In this document: piece after piece, positions 23,186-37,317 of the stretch
Position numbering within the stretch: the stretch's first letter is position 1
How the letters are laid out: each line of letters starts with the position of its first letter
Source: Octopus vulgaris
Lineage: Eukaryota
Assembly: GCA_951406725.2 (NCBI GenBank)
Contig: OX597814.1
Coordinates: 76,632,001-76,696,000 of the forward strand
DNA: 64,000 nucleotides
Direction of reading: 5' to 3'
Position numbers and translations under genes: made by a program
The notes under the pieces: model-generated
Told to the model about the DNA's origin: nothing
Databases searched by the model: none
Seen by the model: the letters and a program-made list of their open reading frames with translations, nothing else

Positions 23186-23560
23186 ATTATTATAATTAAT
23201 CATATTATTATTACTATTATTATTATTATTATTATTACTATTACTACCACTATCACTATTATTACCATTACAATTATTATATTTCTTTATAATATTATTA
23301 ATATTAAAATTATAATTATAATTAACATTTATTGAATTAATATTAAAATTTGTCATATTTTTAATATTATTTTTATTTTTATAATTACTACAATTACTAC
23401 TAATATAACTAACATAATTAGTATAATTATTATTATTTTTATCTTTATTTTTATTAAAAAATTTAATATTATTATTATAACCTGCCACTCGTAGAACCTC
23501 ATTTTAATAAGGTGCATGTTTATTAAAAATCTCTAAATCATAAGAAAGTAATGATATACG

Positions 23561-23790
23561 TTTCTTTACTACCCACAAGGGGCTAAACATAGAGGGGACA
23601 AACAAGGACAGACACACGGATTAAGTGGATTACATCGACCCCAGTGCGTAACTGGTACTTAATTTATCGACTCCGAAAGGATGAAAGGCAAAGTCGACCT
23701 CGGCGGAATTTGAACTCAGAACGTAGCGACGGATGAAATACCGCGAAGTACTTCGCCCAGCGTGCTAACGTCTCTGCCAGCTCGCCGCCT
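23561..23790 (-). mobile_element. SINE family C inserted in Penelope element 2
   Basis: Head GGCGGCGAGCTGGCAGA..GAGTTCAAATTCC. Very similar to 37759..37984 (+) and 48497..48730 (-). GTAATGATATA occurs on both flanks. Confidence 0.85.
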
Positions 23791-23996
23791 GTAATGATAT
23801 ATGTAATGAAAGTAATGATATATGTTTATTTATATTATTAATCAACGATTTTTTAATTGGTGGTGGGTGATTACTATTAACATTTATATATTTAAGGTTT
23901 TCATTAAATTTATGATATGGTTGTATTTTACCCGTTATTAGATTAAAATTAACATCTAAATAATTAACATTATAATTCTCATTATATATATAGTAA

Positions 23997-25479
23997 CTAG
24001 CAGTATCGCCCGGCGTTGCTCGGGTTTGTAAGGGAGATAACTATATAAGCATTTTTAGAGAGTTATAGCCAAAAAATAGCAAAAAATGCATTAAAAATGG
24101 AAAAAAAATTAAGGTAAATTTTTTTTAAATCGTTGACACATCGTAGATATTTTTAGAGAGTTACTTCCCTTATATAATAGCGAAAAAATGCATTAAAATG
24201 GAAAAACATGATGGTAAATTTTTTTTAAATCGTAGATTCATCGTAGACGCGCGCTAATACCCAGAAGGGCTCGATATGAATCACGACTATAAGATACCCG
24301 GTTTTGGTTACACTGCACCGCAAAATGTGGGAGTAGTTACGAATCTAAATCGTAGGAGACAGACACATAACTTCACTTTTATATTTAAAGATATAAGCCA
24401 CGTAGTTATATACACATACTTTGTTATATACACATTCTTAAAAGAAAATGTTATTTTGAACACAACATTTATAAAGAATAAAATATTTTTTGGTTTTTCT
24501 TAACCCTTTCGTTACTATATTTCTGACCAAAATACACCCCTTATGTGTTTCAATTAATTTCTAACATAATCATAAATTTAGTCTGGTTTCATTAAACAAC
24601 TATAACTTTTTTATTTATCAATATATTAACATGAATTTTGGAAGATAATTTAATGAAATGTTCTCAACCAATTCTATACTATAATTTTTGTCACAAAGTG
24701 ACTCTAATTGCAGGTAGATACAGGTAAATTCAACAAAATATAAAATTATTAAAATTTTGTTCAAACATCGCTATAGAAAATGGGTTATTAGCTAATATTC
24801 AATTGGGTATACAACAAAATTTTACGATAGAATTTGTTATTCTGGGTAACTTTCTGATACCCATAATAATATTTATGGCAAAATAGGCCTTAATTTCACT
24901 TAAGGTTGTGGGAAATAACAAACTATCCTTTCTTTCGCTTTGTTTACGTTTAGCGTAACAGTTCGTTTCCGCCGTAATGATTTCAAATGGGCTCATTCGA
25001 AAAAGTAAAAAGAAATAGTTTAAGGCTTTACTCTTCTGGGAAAGTCTGTGGCTTGGTCCAGTTTCTTCAGAAAAATCACTGAAAGAAACAGTTTTTAAAT
25101 TTTCACTCCATTCAGGTGCCAATTCATTTTCTTTAGCGCTGTCGGATTCACTGTTTTCACTTTAATCGTTGCAAACTTGCAAAGAGAAAGTCGTAGAAAT
25201 TAGAGTGATAGCGTGAGTGAATCAGATCGCTCCCTTTTTTTTTGTGTGTGTGTGTGCATGTGCTATAGCCCACACTAAGAAAAGCACTTGACTAGGACAC
25301 CACAAAATTTCTCTAAATTTTGCTTAATTGGGGTTGAAATTTTAAAAACTGGACCAGGCACGACCCGATTTATTCTACTCTTAAAAATGCTAGGTAAATT
25401 GTAATTGAAGAAATCCTATATTGTAGATTTCTATAAGAGAAAAGGGAGGCAGATAAAATCTGCCTTTTATAATAAGAGA
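23997..25479 (-). mobile_element. Non-autonomous composite Helitron
   Basis: On the minus strand the 5' end is A|TCTCTTATTATAAAA at 25479. The 3' end is the hairpin CCCGAGCAACGCCGGG followed by CTAG|T at 23997. No TSD. A second 5'-like end, A|TCTTTAAATATAAAA, lies at 24392. Confidence 0.8.
24504..25170 (-). mobile_element. piggyBac remnant (one terminus plus N-terminal transposase fragment) inside the Helitron
   Basis: TTAA|CCCTTTCGTTAC at 24500..24515. ORF 24799..25122 reads FSEETGP..NYFFLLF..EIITAETNCYA..TTLSEIKAYFAINIIMGIRKLP (PGBD-like). Confidence 0.75.
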
Positions 25480-26253
25480 TACTTAAACCATATCTTTTAA
25501 ATAAACTATAAAGTTTTTCTTATATAATTCTAGGTTCCTATTAGTGCAATTCTTAGTAATTAATAAAAGGTCATCCCTATATAAACCACTCTCTAGTTTT
25601 AAATTTTCTTATTGAAGTTCAGATAATAGATAAATACCTACCAAATCCGTAGCTTGTGCAGAATCGGGTGCCCCCATAGGTATATCAAAATAGTCCCTAG
25701 TGTCCTTCCTAGCCCATAATTTATTATTGTATCTAATAAACGATTTTCTAGCCAATTTTTACCTTAAAAATTAATATTTAACATTATAATTGGATTGTAT
25801 GACATAATCCTAATCGTTAGTTTCTAATTTGATGATAGAGTTTTTTATAAGAAAAATTATTATTTTATTTATTTCTTAATAAATTTTGTTTAAATATATT
25901 TGCTTATTTATTTAACTATTATCATTAACCTGAAGATTGACTATGATTATAATTCGAATTTTTAATTGAATTTAAATTATTGTAATTCGAATTGGGTTAT
26001 GGTCATTATATTATATTAAACTTTTTAATACCTTTTTGATAGTTATATATATATATATATAAATGTAATAAATAAATAAATATAAATATTAAAAAATATT
26101 AAAATTTAAAATTTATGAATATAAATTAAAAATTTGAAATTTAAATAATTTAATTTTAAATTTTACATTTTTATATATTTTGTATATTATATTAATAATA
26201 TTTATTTTTATGTTTTTCACTGTTTGATTTGCCTAATAGTGGTTTTATCTTTA

Positions 26254-26309
<56 letters not shown>

Positions 26310-27822
26310 CACACACACACATGCATGCGCGCATGCACACACACACACAAATGAGATAGGCTTCTTTCTTATTTCTGCTTGCCAAATCCACTCACAATGC
26401 TTTGGTCAGCCTGAAGCTATAGTAGAAGATACTTGTTCAAGGTTCCACACAGTGGGACTGAAACTGGAACCCTGTGGTTGGGTAGCAATGTCTTACCACA
26501 CACCATACCTGAGGGGGAGCTGATCATAATTTTGAACAGAAGAAAGTCAAATGCAAGAAGATGGAATTTCAAATGACTAAAAAATCAGAATATTGAAAGC
26601 TTAAAATCTAGATTATATTTTAGGGAAAAATAAGAAGAAAAGTGATCTTAAAAAACATTTATGTAGGGTTTTAAAAGGGAGCTTATTTGAAAGATATAAC
26701 ATATTGAGAAACATATTTGAAATTTACTTTAAAAAATTTATAGTTATTGCAAAGATACAATATCAAAGACATGTGAAAACTTAAATATTTATTGAATATA
26801 ACCTTTCTTGAAGTTTTCTCATCTCTGAATATTTTCCTTGTTTTCTTTCAATACAAGCATACTGAATGATCAAAAGCTCTTTATAAACTAGTATCACACA
26901 GCAAAAAGCGAGGTGAAAGAAGATAAACAAGTACTTGGGCCTAATTTCAGTCAATCAAAATTCAGTATTAGGTATATTTATATTTGTACTGAAATAGTGA
27001 ATGAAAACAAAAAGAAAATATTGAATAATGAGAGAATTTAAAAAGGAAATAATCATTAAATAAACTATTTGTTTTTGCCCGTGTGTTTGATATCATATTC
27101 CTGCAATACTCTTTTAATAAGATTCTATAATACTTATCTGAAATAAACTGCTTTCAAAACTGCAAATATATGCCTTTCAAGATAGTTTTTTTTATTATTT
27201 TACCCTAAAATATTTTAAATTTCAGAGTTTTGAGCTTTCAACATTATGACATCTAATATTCTGAGAATTAGATTTTTCAGTAATTGCAGAGGTTGCTCTT
27301 CAGCCTCCTCTACTGGTAATCTCCAAAATCTGCAAGACTGGTCTTTTTTTTTAACTTTTTCTTGTACATGCCTGTCTAAAGGGACTTACATTGTTAGATG
27401 TAATTATGTACAGCATGTAAAAATATTGATCTTAAGTCAGAAATTTATTAATGACTTTGTGCATGTTATGCCTAAATGATTTGTTTAGTTATGAATCCCT
27501 AATAATAAATCCCTAATAGTACTTTATATGTGTTATTATTTATCTAGTAAAGGTAGGTTCTGGGGAACTTATAGGAATTTGTAATTTTCTTCTAATAGAA
27601 AAGGAATTATTTATGATCCATCTTTATCATTAAAAAAATTTTCATATTCTAAATCCTTGAAATTCCTTGGGGTTGATTAGCATCTGGGAAAATCACTAAA
27701 ATAACTAAGTTATCTACTGATTTTCTATTTGACTATATTCTTTCCCTACAAATTTGGAACAATGTGCTTATCTAAGATATTATTATTTTTGCTATATGGC
27801 TAATTTATATTGCTGGTTTCAG

Positions 27823-27977
27823 CCATTCAGAAGTACTCTAACATCCATGAAGCTGTGAAAGCAGGTGATGTAAATGAACTTACAAAAATGGTGAAATGTG
27901 GTGCCAGTGTTAATGAAATCAGAGGAAGAGACAAGTTTACTCCATTGCACACAGCTTGCGATATTGGAGCATTGGAA
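27823..27977 (+). CDS. ANKRD42: ANKRD42-like, coding exon 2
   Basis: ttcag|CC...GAA|gtaaga. IHEAVKAGDVNEL..KFTPLHTACDIGALE is an ankyrin repeat. Confidence 0.92.
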
Positions 27978-30197
27978 GTAAGATGTAGTTATTTCTAGAA
28001 GCTTTATAACAGTTTTTCCACTCTTTTACTCTACACAGTGTGCAAGGTATTTATGAACAAATTTTAGAAGGTCATAAATGGTAGACAATGTAATGTACTG
28101 CTATATGGCATGCACCAAATTTTGACTTATTTCTCTTTGAGATGTATTAACACTGTGGCTCTAGCTGCAACTGCAGTGACTTGGAGATTGTTAGTTTCTT
28201 GAACAAGATTGAGACTTTTGTGTTTTTGGTTAAGAAAGAGCTGGGATTCACTGGTAGAGACAAAACATCCATGGTCAAAATAAAGAAACATTCTTGGTAA
28301 TCAGATGTTTCGGGACAACTGAATTCATCCATCAGGCACAGAACATCATCAGTAACAACCCCAGTAAATCAGTGAGATCCATCACTGAGAAGCTGAAGGC
28401 AGTGGATTCCTCCATTAGATGTGTGGTACATGATGTTATAAAGGGAATACAGTTCATATCCAGCAAGACCTAAGAGAACTTTGTGATCAGGAGACTCACA
28501 ATGTCATGTGACTACCTTGTTCTCTTTACTTGACTCCCCTGACTTTCTGTATCTGGAGTGTCATTTAGAAGAAAACTAGTTGGTGACAATATGATGTCAA
28601 AAACTCAATGGGGATTGCCACCACGGGTGTGGAGGATAGCATGGGTATCGTATACCCTCGTATACAGTTACCTCTGTAGCCATACTAGGCTACCATTGGC
28701 ACTACAGGCAGTTTTGTTGAATGCCTGTTTCTTTAACATTGAACAGATGTACGTTTTTTAGGGGAATATGTTTTCTTCTCTATTCGATGTCTTTGTTCTT
28801 CATCATGTTTTGTTTATTCTCGCAATGAAAAGGTGGTGAATTGGCAAAATCAGTAAAACAACAGACAGATTGTCTTAGGATATTTGTTGCATTTTGAGTT
28901 CAAATCTTGCCAAGGTCAACTCTGTTCATCCTTTTGGAATCGTAAAATACATTCCAGTCAAGTACTAGGTTAATATAATCAATTGTACCATCCCTAAATA
29001 CTTTGTTAGAAGCTATTTTATCTTAACATCATTTGATAATACAATGTTATAGCTATTGGATGACTTCAATTATCCCTGATTTAGCATACCAGTGACATGG
29101 TGATAATCAATTCAATGTTTGAAGTGAATCAGTTACATGATTCAATGAAAAATTAAGGGCCATATTAAACTCAACTGATATGCAATAAAGAACCCTGACT
29201 AGTTTAGTGCTAGCACCACCACTTCAGTTCAATAAAAAATAGTAGTCAACATTTTGCAGATGCCAATTGATGAATTTGATGTCTGTTTATTAAAAACTAT
29301 AGACTCACTTTTGATTGATGTCATCTGTCAAATCAACGAGTTTGAAACTTTCATGCTTGGAAGTAACTAGTTCTGGATTCAAGTTTTATACAGAGACCTG
29401 CTACAAGCTAAACAGACAAATGGGCTTCACTTAAGTAGGATAGCTTCTTTGCAGTCACTTGATTTTCTAGAATTAACAGCCAATTTTCTTTTCAAGTGTT
29501 CTGTACTGTCTTAAGTGACATAGTTTTATGAACAGTATACCTTAAAAATGACGGTTCAATATTACTTTCAAAGCTTTTATATTTTTGTTTGACTTATGAA
29601 TCACTGTGTAAAGTAATTAGCGAATGACCAGAGACAATGCAGAGTTAAGAGGACTTTTTAGACCACCTGAAGACATGACAGCCTCTCTAGTGCTGGTGCA
29701 ACAAAGAAATGCATCCAGTACAGTCAGCAAAGTGGTTAGAAAGAGTGCCCAACTGTAAAAACCATGCCAAAAGTGGAACTTTTTTTAGTAATATATGAGG
29801 GCAGTGATTCTGAGCAACATGGCCTCAAATCCTGATGATCCATTCTATCCATGACAGCATGGAAAGTAGAAGTGAAAAATGACAATGATGATAATGAGGA
29901 TTAATCAGAGGATGAAAGGCAGCATTTCTGATGCTTTCCAAGACCTCTGAAACTGATAAGAGAAAAGAAGAAAGTTTGTCTCAGAACAGAGACCTGTCCT
30001 AAGTACTTGCAACAGAATGGATCTCCTTAAAGTAAACACCATGTAATAGTAATTGTTAAACCTGATGACAGATTAAGTCATAGATCTGGTCAATGTGGGG
30101 TGATCAAAGGTTTAACAGTAATAGTTCACTATGTATAACAAAACTAGAACATTAATATGGCTGGACAGGAGATTTTAAATCGTATTTCTCTTTGTAG

Positions 30198-30365
<168 letters not shown>

Positions 30366-30379
30366 TGATATTCTGATAT

Positions 30380-30416
<37 letters not shown>

Positions 30417-30733
30417 GCGTCATCAGCGTCGTCGTCATCATCATGATGATGATCATCATCATCATCATTTAATGTCTGCTCTCCATGTTGGCATGGGTTA
30501 GACAGTTTGACTGGAACTGATGAGCCAGAGAGCTGCACCAGGTTCTAGTCTGATTTGGCATGGTTTTTTACAGCTGGTAGAATAACCAAATATATGCATT
30601 TTATTTATTATTTTGCACATTACTTAATCATTCTTATATGTTTTATCTTATATTTAATCTTTCTATAATATGTAAATTTTCTAAATGGTATAATTTTTCA
30701 TTATTGAATTGATAAAAGGTGGGTTTTTTTCTA

Positions 30734-30826
<93 letters not shown>

Positions 30827-30827
<1 letters not shown>

Positions 30828-32010
30828 CACCTGGATCGGCCAGGTATTCTGGTACTGAGTCAGATCCATTGGCCACAGCTTTCACTTCATACTCTCACCA
30901 TTCTTCTCCACATTGCTCCAAACATTTTTCTGAAATCATCTTCCCATCTGATTAGAGATCTTCCAAGTGGTCTCTTCCACTTGCATATGTACCACTCAAC
31001 AATTGCACAGGTCCACCAATCATCTGTGAACCTTGCAACATGATCAGCCCATCATACTTTTGTGTGGTGGTATTCTGCACTGATGTCCTTCACTCCAGTT
31101 CTGCCTCTGATCTCCTCATTCTGGATGTAATCTCTTAGCAAGATTCCCTGCATCGACCTTCCCATGGCTTTCTGCACTGTAAGCAGATGTTGTTCATCTC
31201 TCTTCATCAAGGTCCAAGTCTCACATATATATAGCATTGCAGGCATAATAGTGCTGTTGAAGAGATTGGTGTGAATTGCCTTGTCTAGGTTTGCCTTCAG
31301 CACATCTTTCACTGGGTTGAACACTCTCCATCCTGCTCTTAACCTTCACAGGATCTCATTCTCCATCTCTCACCTCATAGTCACTTCTTGACTGAGATAC
31401 ACATAGCTGCTCACCTCCGACTGTCAGGTGACTGATCGCTATGACTTCAGACTGTATGTACTTGGTTTTCAAATGTTTATCTTCAGGCCAGCCACTGAAA
31501 CCCTGAAATCCAGTTCCTCCAGCATGGTCTGCAGCTGATTGGTCCACTATCAGCACTATGTCACCAGTGAATCTTAGATGGGTGAGCAGTTCTCAATTTA
31601 TCCTTATGTCTCCACTCCAGTTCATGTTTCGTATGACCATCTTGAGACATGCCATGAAGAGCTTAGGAAAGATGGTGCCTCCTTGCTTGACACCCTTCAC
31701 CACTGTAACATTTACTGGTGAGGATAACAGGGCCACATTCATTTTGCATCCAGTATTCACCTTTCTAAGGAGGGTGATGTACTGCATTGTCACACCCTCT
31801 TTCCTGAGAGCTTGCAGTACTGTGTTGATTTTGTCACTATTGAATGCTTTCTCAATCAATGAGTACAATGCGCAGAGGCAACAGGTACTCTCTCACTTGT
31901 TCCAGCAACTGTATTAGAGTGAATATATGATTTATAGTGCTGTACTTCTTTCTGAACCCTGCCTGTTCTTTTGGTTGCTGTTCATCCAGTTGTTGAGATA
32001 TTTGCAAGCT
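30827..32010 (-). mobile_element. Decayed RTE-clade LINE fragment
   Basis: EQAGFRKKYSTINHIFTL, EKAFNS, KGVKQGGTIFPKLF, LFNSTIMPAMLYICETW. Confidence 0.85.
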
Positions 32011-33396
32011 GTTCACAAAGATATATATATGCATATATATATTTAGCAGAAGGAGCAAAGTGACTCAAGGGCCAAGAGTTTTGTGCATTGGCATTTATCA
32101 AACTAGTTATAGATTGAAGAGCTGTAAATTTATATAGTTGGTGAAAAATTATATTTCTTTGGATTATTCTAGACTGAATTTTGAAAACAATTCATCATCA
32201 TCATTGTTTAACAGCCACCTTCCATGCTAGAATGGTCCTGTTGATAATTTCATGTTTTCAAATAGTTTGTCCATTATGTCATTCAATAAGCAAATACATG
32301 CACAAATAAATAAAGGAAAATTTGTGTGCATTTTTGCACACACATGCAATCATGCATACACGCACGCATGCACACAGACACACACGCACACACACACATG
32401 CACACACATACACACACACAAACACAAATTTGCACACATATATATTCCTCAGAACTTATGAAACAAGGACTAACTAAAAGTCCGAAAGCGTACATGGACG
32501 TTTAGGACACACTTATGAAAATACTTTCAACAGGCAATGAGTTCAATAAACAAGTTAATTATTGTTTTCAGTGTCATTGTCAAAGAGTTTAGTAGTTATA
32601 GCTGCTCAAGTCTTAACGTCTTCTCTGTGGATGTTAGGTTGAATGAAAAAAAGTTAGTTACATACTGTCTATTCTTAACTCTACTCTCATTATGCTGCTC
32701 TATATCGCACAGGAAACGACTCTTTTGAAACTAATTCTAAATATATTTAATTCTTTAGTATTCAAACAAAATTCTGATGTTATGAATATAGTATGATTTC
32801 TTCAAACTGACAATACTTGTTTTTGTTTACACATTACTTTCATTATCAAAAGTACCACCCACTAAACTACTAAAAAAATCATCTTTTCCTTGGTTTCATC
32901 ATTTACATGCATTGACATATCTAACATTTTTATTTTTATATTAAACATAAGGTTTAAATATTAGTTTCAAATTTTGTCATAAGGCCAGGAATTTCAGGGT
33001 TGGGGTCAAGTCGACTACAACAATCCCAGTGCTTACTTTATCAACTCTGAAAGGTTGAAAGGCAAAGTCGACCTTGGTGGAATTTGAACTCAGAATATAA
33101 AGATGATTGAAATGCCACTAAGCATTTTGCCCAGAATGATAATGATTCTGCCAGCTTGCCACCTTGTAAGGTTTAAATATTAAACTTAATTTAACTTACC
33201 ATTTTCCTTTATTTGTTTTGTGATTTCCTTTCATTCTTTAAATGAATTCATTCACTAAAAATTTTATTTTGAATTATTTTAAAATTGCATTGATATCAAT
33301 AATTTTCATTTTTGTTTTTGTGTAAAATTATTTTATTACCTGCACACCTTTTTTCGTCTTTTTAATGATTATTGAACTTCTTTTTTGTAACCTCAG

Positions 33397-33516
33397 GCAC
33401 TATCCAATAACAATGTGTCACTCAATGTAAGAGATAACTATGACAGAACACCATTGCACATTGCTGCAGCTCATGGAAACTCATTTTGCTTGTATACAAT
33501 TCTTAGAAATGCTACA
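33397..33516 (+). CDS. ANKRD42: ANKRD42-like, coding exon 4
   Basis: ctcag|GCA...ACA|gtaagt. ALSNNNVSLNVRDNYDRTPLHIAAAHGNSFCLYTILRNAT. Confidence 0.92.
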
Positions 33517-33619
33517 GTAAGTTAAATGCTTCTTCTTTCTAAGCATTGAAGTGGATTAGGTTAGCAGTTTTCAAACTGATGAATACCAGTCATACCCACC
33601 AAAGTAAAAACGGAATAAT

Positions 33620-34040
33620 ATTCTTTTATCTGTTTTAATCATTGAAATGTGACTATGCTGGGGCACCACCTTGAAGGGTTTAGTCAAACAAGTTAATCCT
33701 GCCACTTATTCTTTTATTTTTTAAGTCTGGTACTTATTCTATTGCTATCTTTTACTGAACCACTAAGGTAGAGGAATGTAAGTAAATCAACACCTGTTGT
33801 CAAGTGGTGTGAGGACAAACATAAAGACAGGCACACACACACACACACACACACACACAACACAACTCGAATATATACAATGGTCTTCCACATAGTTTCC
33901 ATCTACCAAATTCATTCATGTGACATTAGTTAACCTGAAGCTGTAGTAGAAGACACTTGCCCAAGGTGCTACACAGTGGGACTCAACCCGAAACCACATG
34001 GCTGCAAAGCAAACTCTTTAGCCCTACAGCCATTATTGCA
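33620..34040 (-). mobile_element. SINE family B, diverged copy
   Basis: Collinear reverse-complement similarity to 36901..37317. Confidence 0.75.
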
Positions 34041-35617
34041 CCTATGGGGTCATTTTATAATACCTTCTCTATTTGTATCTTTATAATTCTTCTTTTTTCA
34101 CCATGCTCTTGGACAGATTTGTAAAGTTCAAAACCATCTCATTAAACATGGTAGTTTGTTTACCCCCTTTTCAATCTTCTTGGTCACCAGATTGTGAACA
34201 AGTTCTAGTCCATAGATCATTTAGTACCATATTGCACAGAAAGAATAAAAGAATATATTTTATTTTTATTTCATTTTACAAGATGATTTTGCATTATAGG
34301 TATGATACAGTAATATGTATATATATGTGTATATATATATACATTGAATAGCTATGCAAACCCCTCTACAGAAACCTGCTCCACCTTTCTCATAGTCATC
34401 CCCTTGCCCCCTAGTATGAAGCTGACCTGCCACCTACCTCTGAGCTTGTGGTAGCAGCAACAGTAATGATGATGATGACAACCATGACCACAACCACAAC
34501 CATGATGATAACAATGACAATGATGACAGTGGTTGTGGAGGTGGTGATGGGGATGATAGTTGTGGAGGTGGCAAAGTTGATGATGATGATGATGAGAGAG
34601 AAAAAGAAACAAACACTACACTTTCTCATATGAGGCTTAAATTAGGAAATGTGTTTATTTTATGTACTTATTTATTTTAATTTACAAAGACATGAGACAA
34701 TATTTAGGAAGATTGTTGACTGAGTACACAAACACTATAGAGTCAAATGTATGAGAGATTTGATTCTCAGGTAAGCCCATGTAATTTCACTTCAGCGTTG
34801 TATCTACAATTTTTGTCGCTAATTAAGTTAGGTCTGTTCAGCTGTTTGACTTACACAAAGACAAAGACTCCTGTGGTGACCCAGTGATCTATAAAGAGAA
34901 AAGTGGCATTTTCACTTTACTTACAGGCTGAATCTTTGGACTAGGAGTAACAGCTAATTCCTTACATTCTAGATGTGTGGGAGACATAAGCATCTGCAAA
35001 GCAAGCCTCTCTTTCTTCGTAGAATTTATACTTGCTAGAGGAAACCAGTTAGCCTTTCAGTCTGCAAGCACAAATGTTTTTTTCTAGTTTAAAGAACTAG
35101 TTAAGCAAGTATGAAATTGAATCTTTGAGTAATGATATTGGAAGAATAATGTGTCAAGAGTCTAGAACAGGTTTTTCAATCTTTATACAAGTTCTGCAAG
35201 TACAATATAATTTAAGATCATGGTAAACATGAGAACCACTATTTTAATGTGTTCTTATTTTGTAGAAAAGGATGGAATTACTTTAACTTTTTTGTTTTTT
35301 ATTTTTATTTTCAAAAATGTCCTGAATGTAATATATGCAGTAAAAGACAATAAACAATATAATGTAAACTTAATGTGCAGTATTTACACATTATTGTATT
35401 CCAAATAATCTCTCACATCTACTGGTGCCACATAAGGTTTCTGTTCCTGATGTTGTATCAACTAACTTATATCATTATTGGTTTTTTTTATAACAATACT
35501 AAAAAATGATAATTCTGCTCACTATATTTCTATTACACTTCAAGTATCTTCTTATATTGTTTAGAATACTTAATTACTCTATTTTCAATAAAATTCTTGG
35601 AATCTATATCTAATTAA

Positions 35618-35837
35618 CCCTTTTGTTACCAACCCGGCAGAAACTGGCTCTGGTTCTGAGTACAAATGTTTTATTTTCATAAGTTTTGAATAAAAATCTT
35701 CCCCCAAACCTTAGTCACAATTTATGTTCCTAACACTAGCTTAATGATAACCAAGTTATTTTACTAAATTCTTTGTTATATTTAAAGTAATTGAAAGAAA
35801 CGCAGAGCATCTCAAAATAAATACAGAAACAAAAGGG
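35618..35837. mobile_element. piggyBac-type MITE (220 bp)
   Basis: TTAA duplications at 35614..35617 and 35838..35841. TIRs CCCTTTTGTTAC / GAAACAAAAGGG. Confidence 0.85.
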
Positions 35838-36900
35838 TTAATGTAACAATCTGCACACTACCTACCCAAGTGGTAATATCAATTACGCTAATACTGTCAT
35901 AATGTTGCATGCTTTTTCCATGTTTGCACTTGGTCAAGACTGAGGTAACTATCAGGCACAGTTTTTATGGCAAGCCACAATATAACTTTATAACAGATTT
36001 ACAAGATTTGAACTTACTGTAGTGGACTTGTATGATCATTATAAATACCTTTGTGAAATATGTATATCATTGTATGAATATCCTTATACAACACTATTAT
36101 TACTGCAAATACTAATATTGGTATCAAATTTAGGCACAAGGTCAGTAATTTTGAGGGAGAGGTTAGTCGACTACATTGACTGCAGTGTTCAGTTGGCACT
36201 TGTTTTATCAGTCCTAAAAGGATGAAATGCAAAGTCAGTCTCAGCAGAATTTGAACTTAGAATGTGAAGATGGCAGCATTTAGAATGTGAAGATGCTAAG
36301 CATTTTGCCTGGCATGCTAATGTTTCTGCCAGATCACCACCTTACAGCAAATACTAACATTAAGAGAGCCACAAACACTAGTGGTCTTCACAGCAGCTAC
36401 AAATTACTGCAATTTCCCTACAAAGGTGCGTAGAAATTGCAGTAATATGTTGAAAGCCATTGCCACTTCTATTATATTGTATACCAATTCAGATACTGGT
36501 AGTGTTGCAACCACAGTAACAAAGACAAAGAGTTTATCTCAAGTCAATGAATTATTAGAATATGAAGAAAAAAGTGATGTTCTGCATTAACAAAGAATAA
36601 AAGCAAAAACTCAGGAAGAGGAATAAATCATCTTGTCATAAGAGAGAAGTTTAAAAACTTCCTTTTGTTATATCGCCAATTGCTATGATGCTACTTGTTT
36701 ACACTATAGCTGTGTAGTAACAATAAAACATATAACAAAGCAGGGTAACAACAACGTAACAATCCAATAAAGTCTCCACAAACTATGCACGAACCCACAA
36801 ATGATATTCTGACAACTATCCAATAACACCTTATGGCTGCCGGTGATTAATGCCTACTCTCTTTCCTGGTCTCTCACTAAGACCACTACTAATTATAGTC

Positions 36901-37317
36901 GTAGGAGTGGCTGTGTGGTAAGTAGCTTGCTTCCCAACCACATGGTTCCGGGTTCAGTCCCACTGCGTGGCACCTTGGGCAAGTGTCTTCTACTATAGCC
37001 TTGGGCTGACCAAAGTCTCATGTGTGGATTTGGTAGACAGAAACTGGAAGAAGCCCATCATGTATATACACATGTATATATGTTTGTATGTGTGTGTGTG
37101 TATACGTTTGTGCGTCTGTGTTTGTCTCCCCCAACATCACTTGACAACTGATGCTGGTGTGTTTACGTCCCTGTAACTTAGCGGTTCGGCAAAAAGACTA
37201 ATAGAATAAGTACTAGGCTTACAAAGAATAAGTCCTGGGGTCGATTTGCTTGACTAAAGGCGATGCTCCAGCATGGCCACAGTCAAATGACTGAAACAAG
37301 TAAAAGAGTAAAAGAGT
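36901..37317 (+). mobile_element. SINE family B, full-length reference copy
   Basis: tRNA-like head (TGGCTGTGTGG, GGTTCAGTCC), central microsatellite, and 3' end GGCGATGCTCCAGCATGGCCACAGTCAAATGACTGAAAC followed by (AGTAAAAG)n. Further copies at about 26355, 42085 and 62565. Confidence 0.88.

Larger units (their letters stand above)
22400..25770 (-). mobile_element. Decayed Penelope-like element 2 (RT plus GIY-YIG), interrupted by a Helitron and a SINE
   Basis: RT motifs FDIPMGAPDSAQATDLVGIYLL and GLYRDD (about 25570..25695), then VNYLDVNFNL..YINVNSNHPP. GIY-YIG domain KCDLNDVVYKC..AIYIGFTS..RIAQH..CYLC.NE (22414..22800). Confidence 0.85.

Noticed and set aside
34352-34633. His/Cys-rich and Met/Thr-rich ORFs
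   Set aside because: Degenerate (GAT/CAT/GGT)n triplet repeat in an intron, with no splice support.
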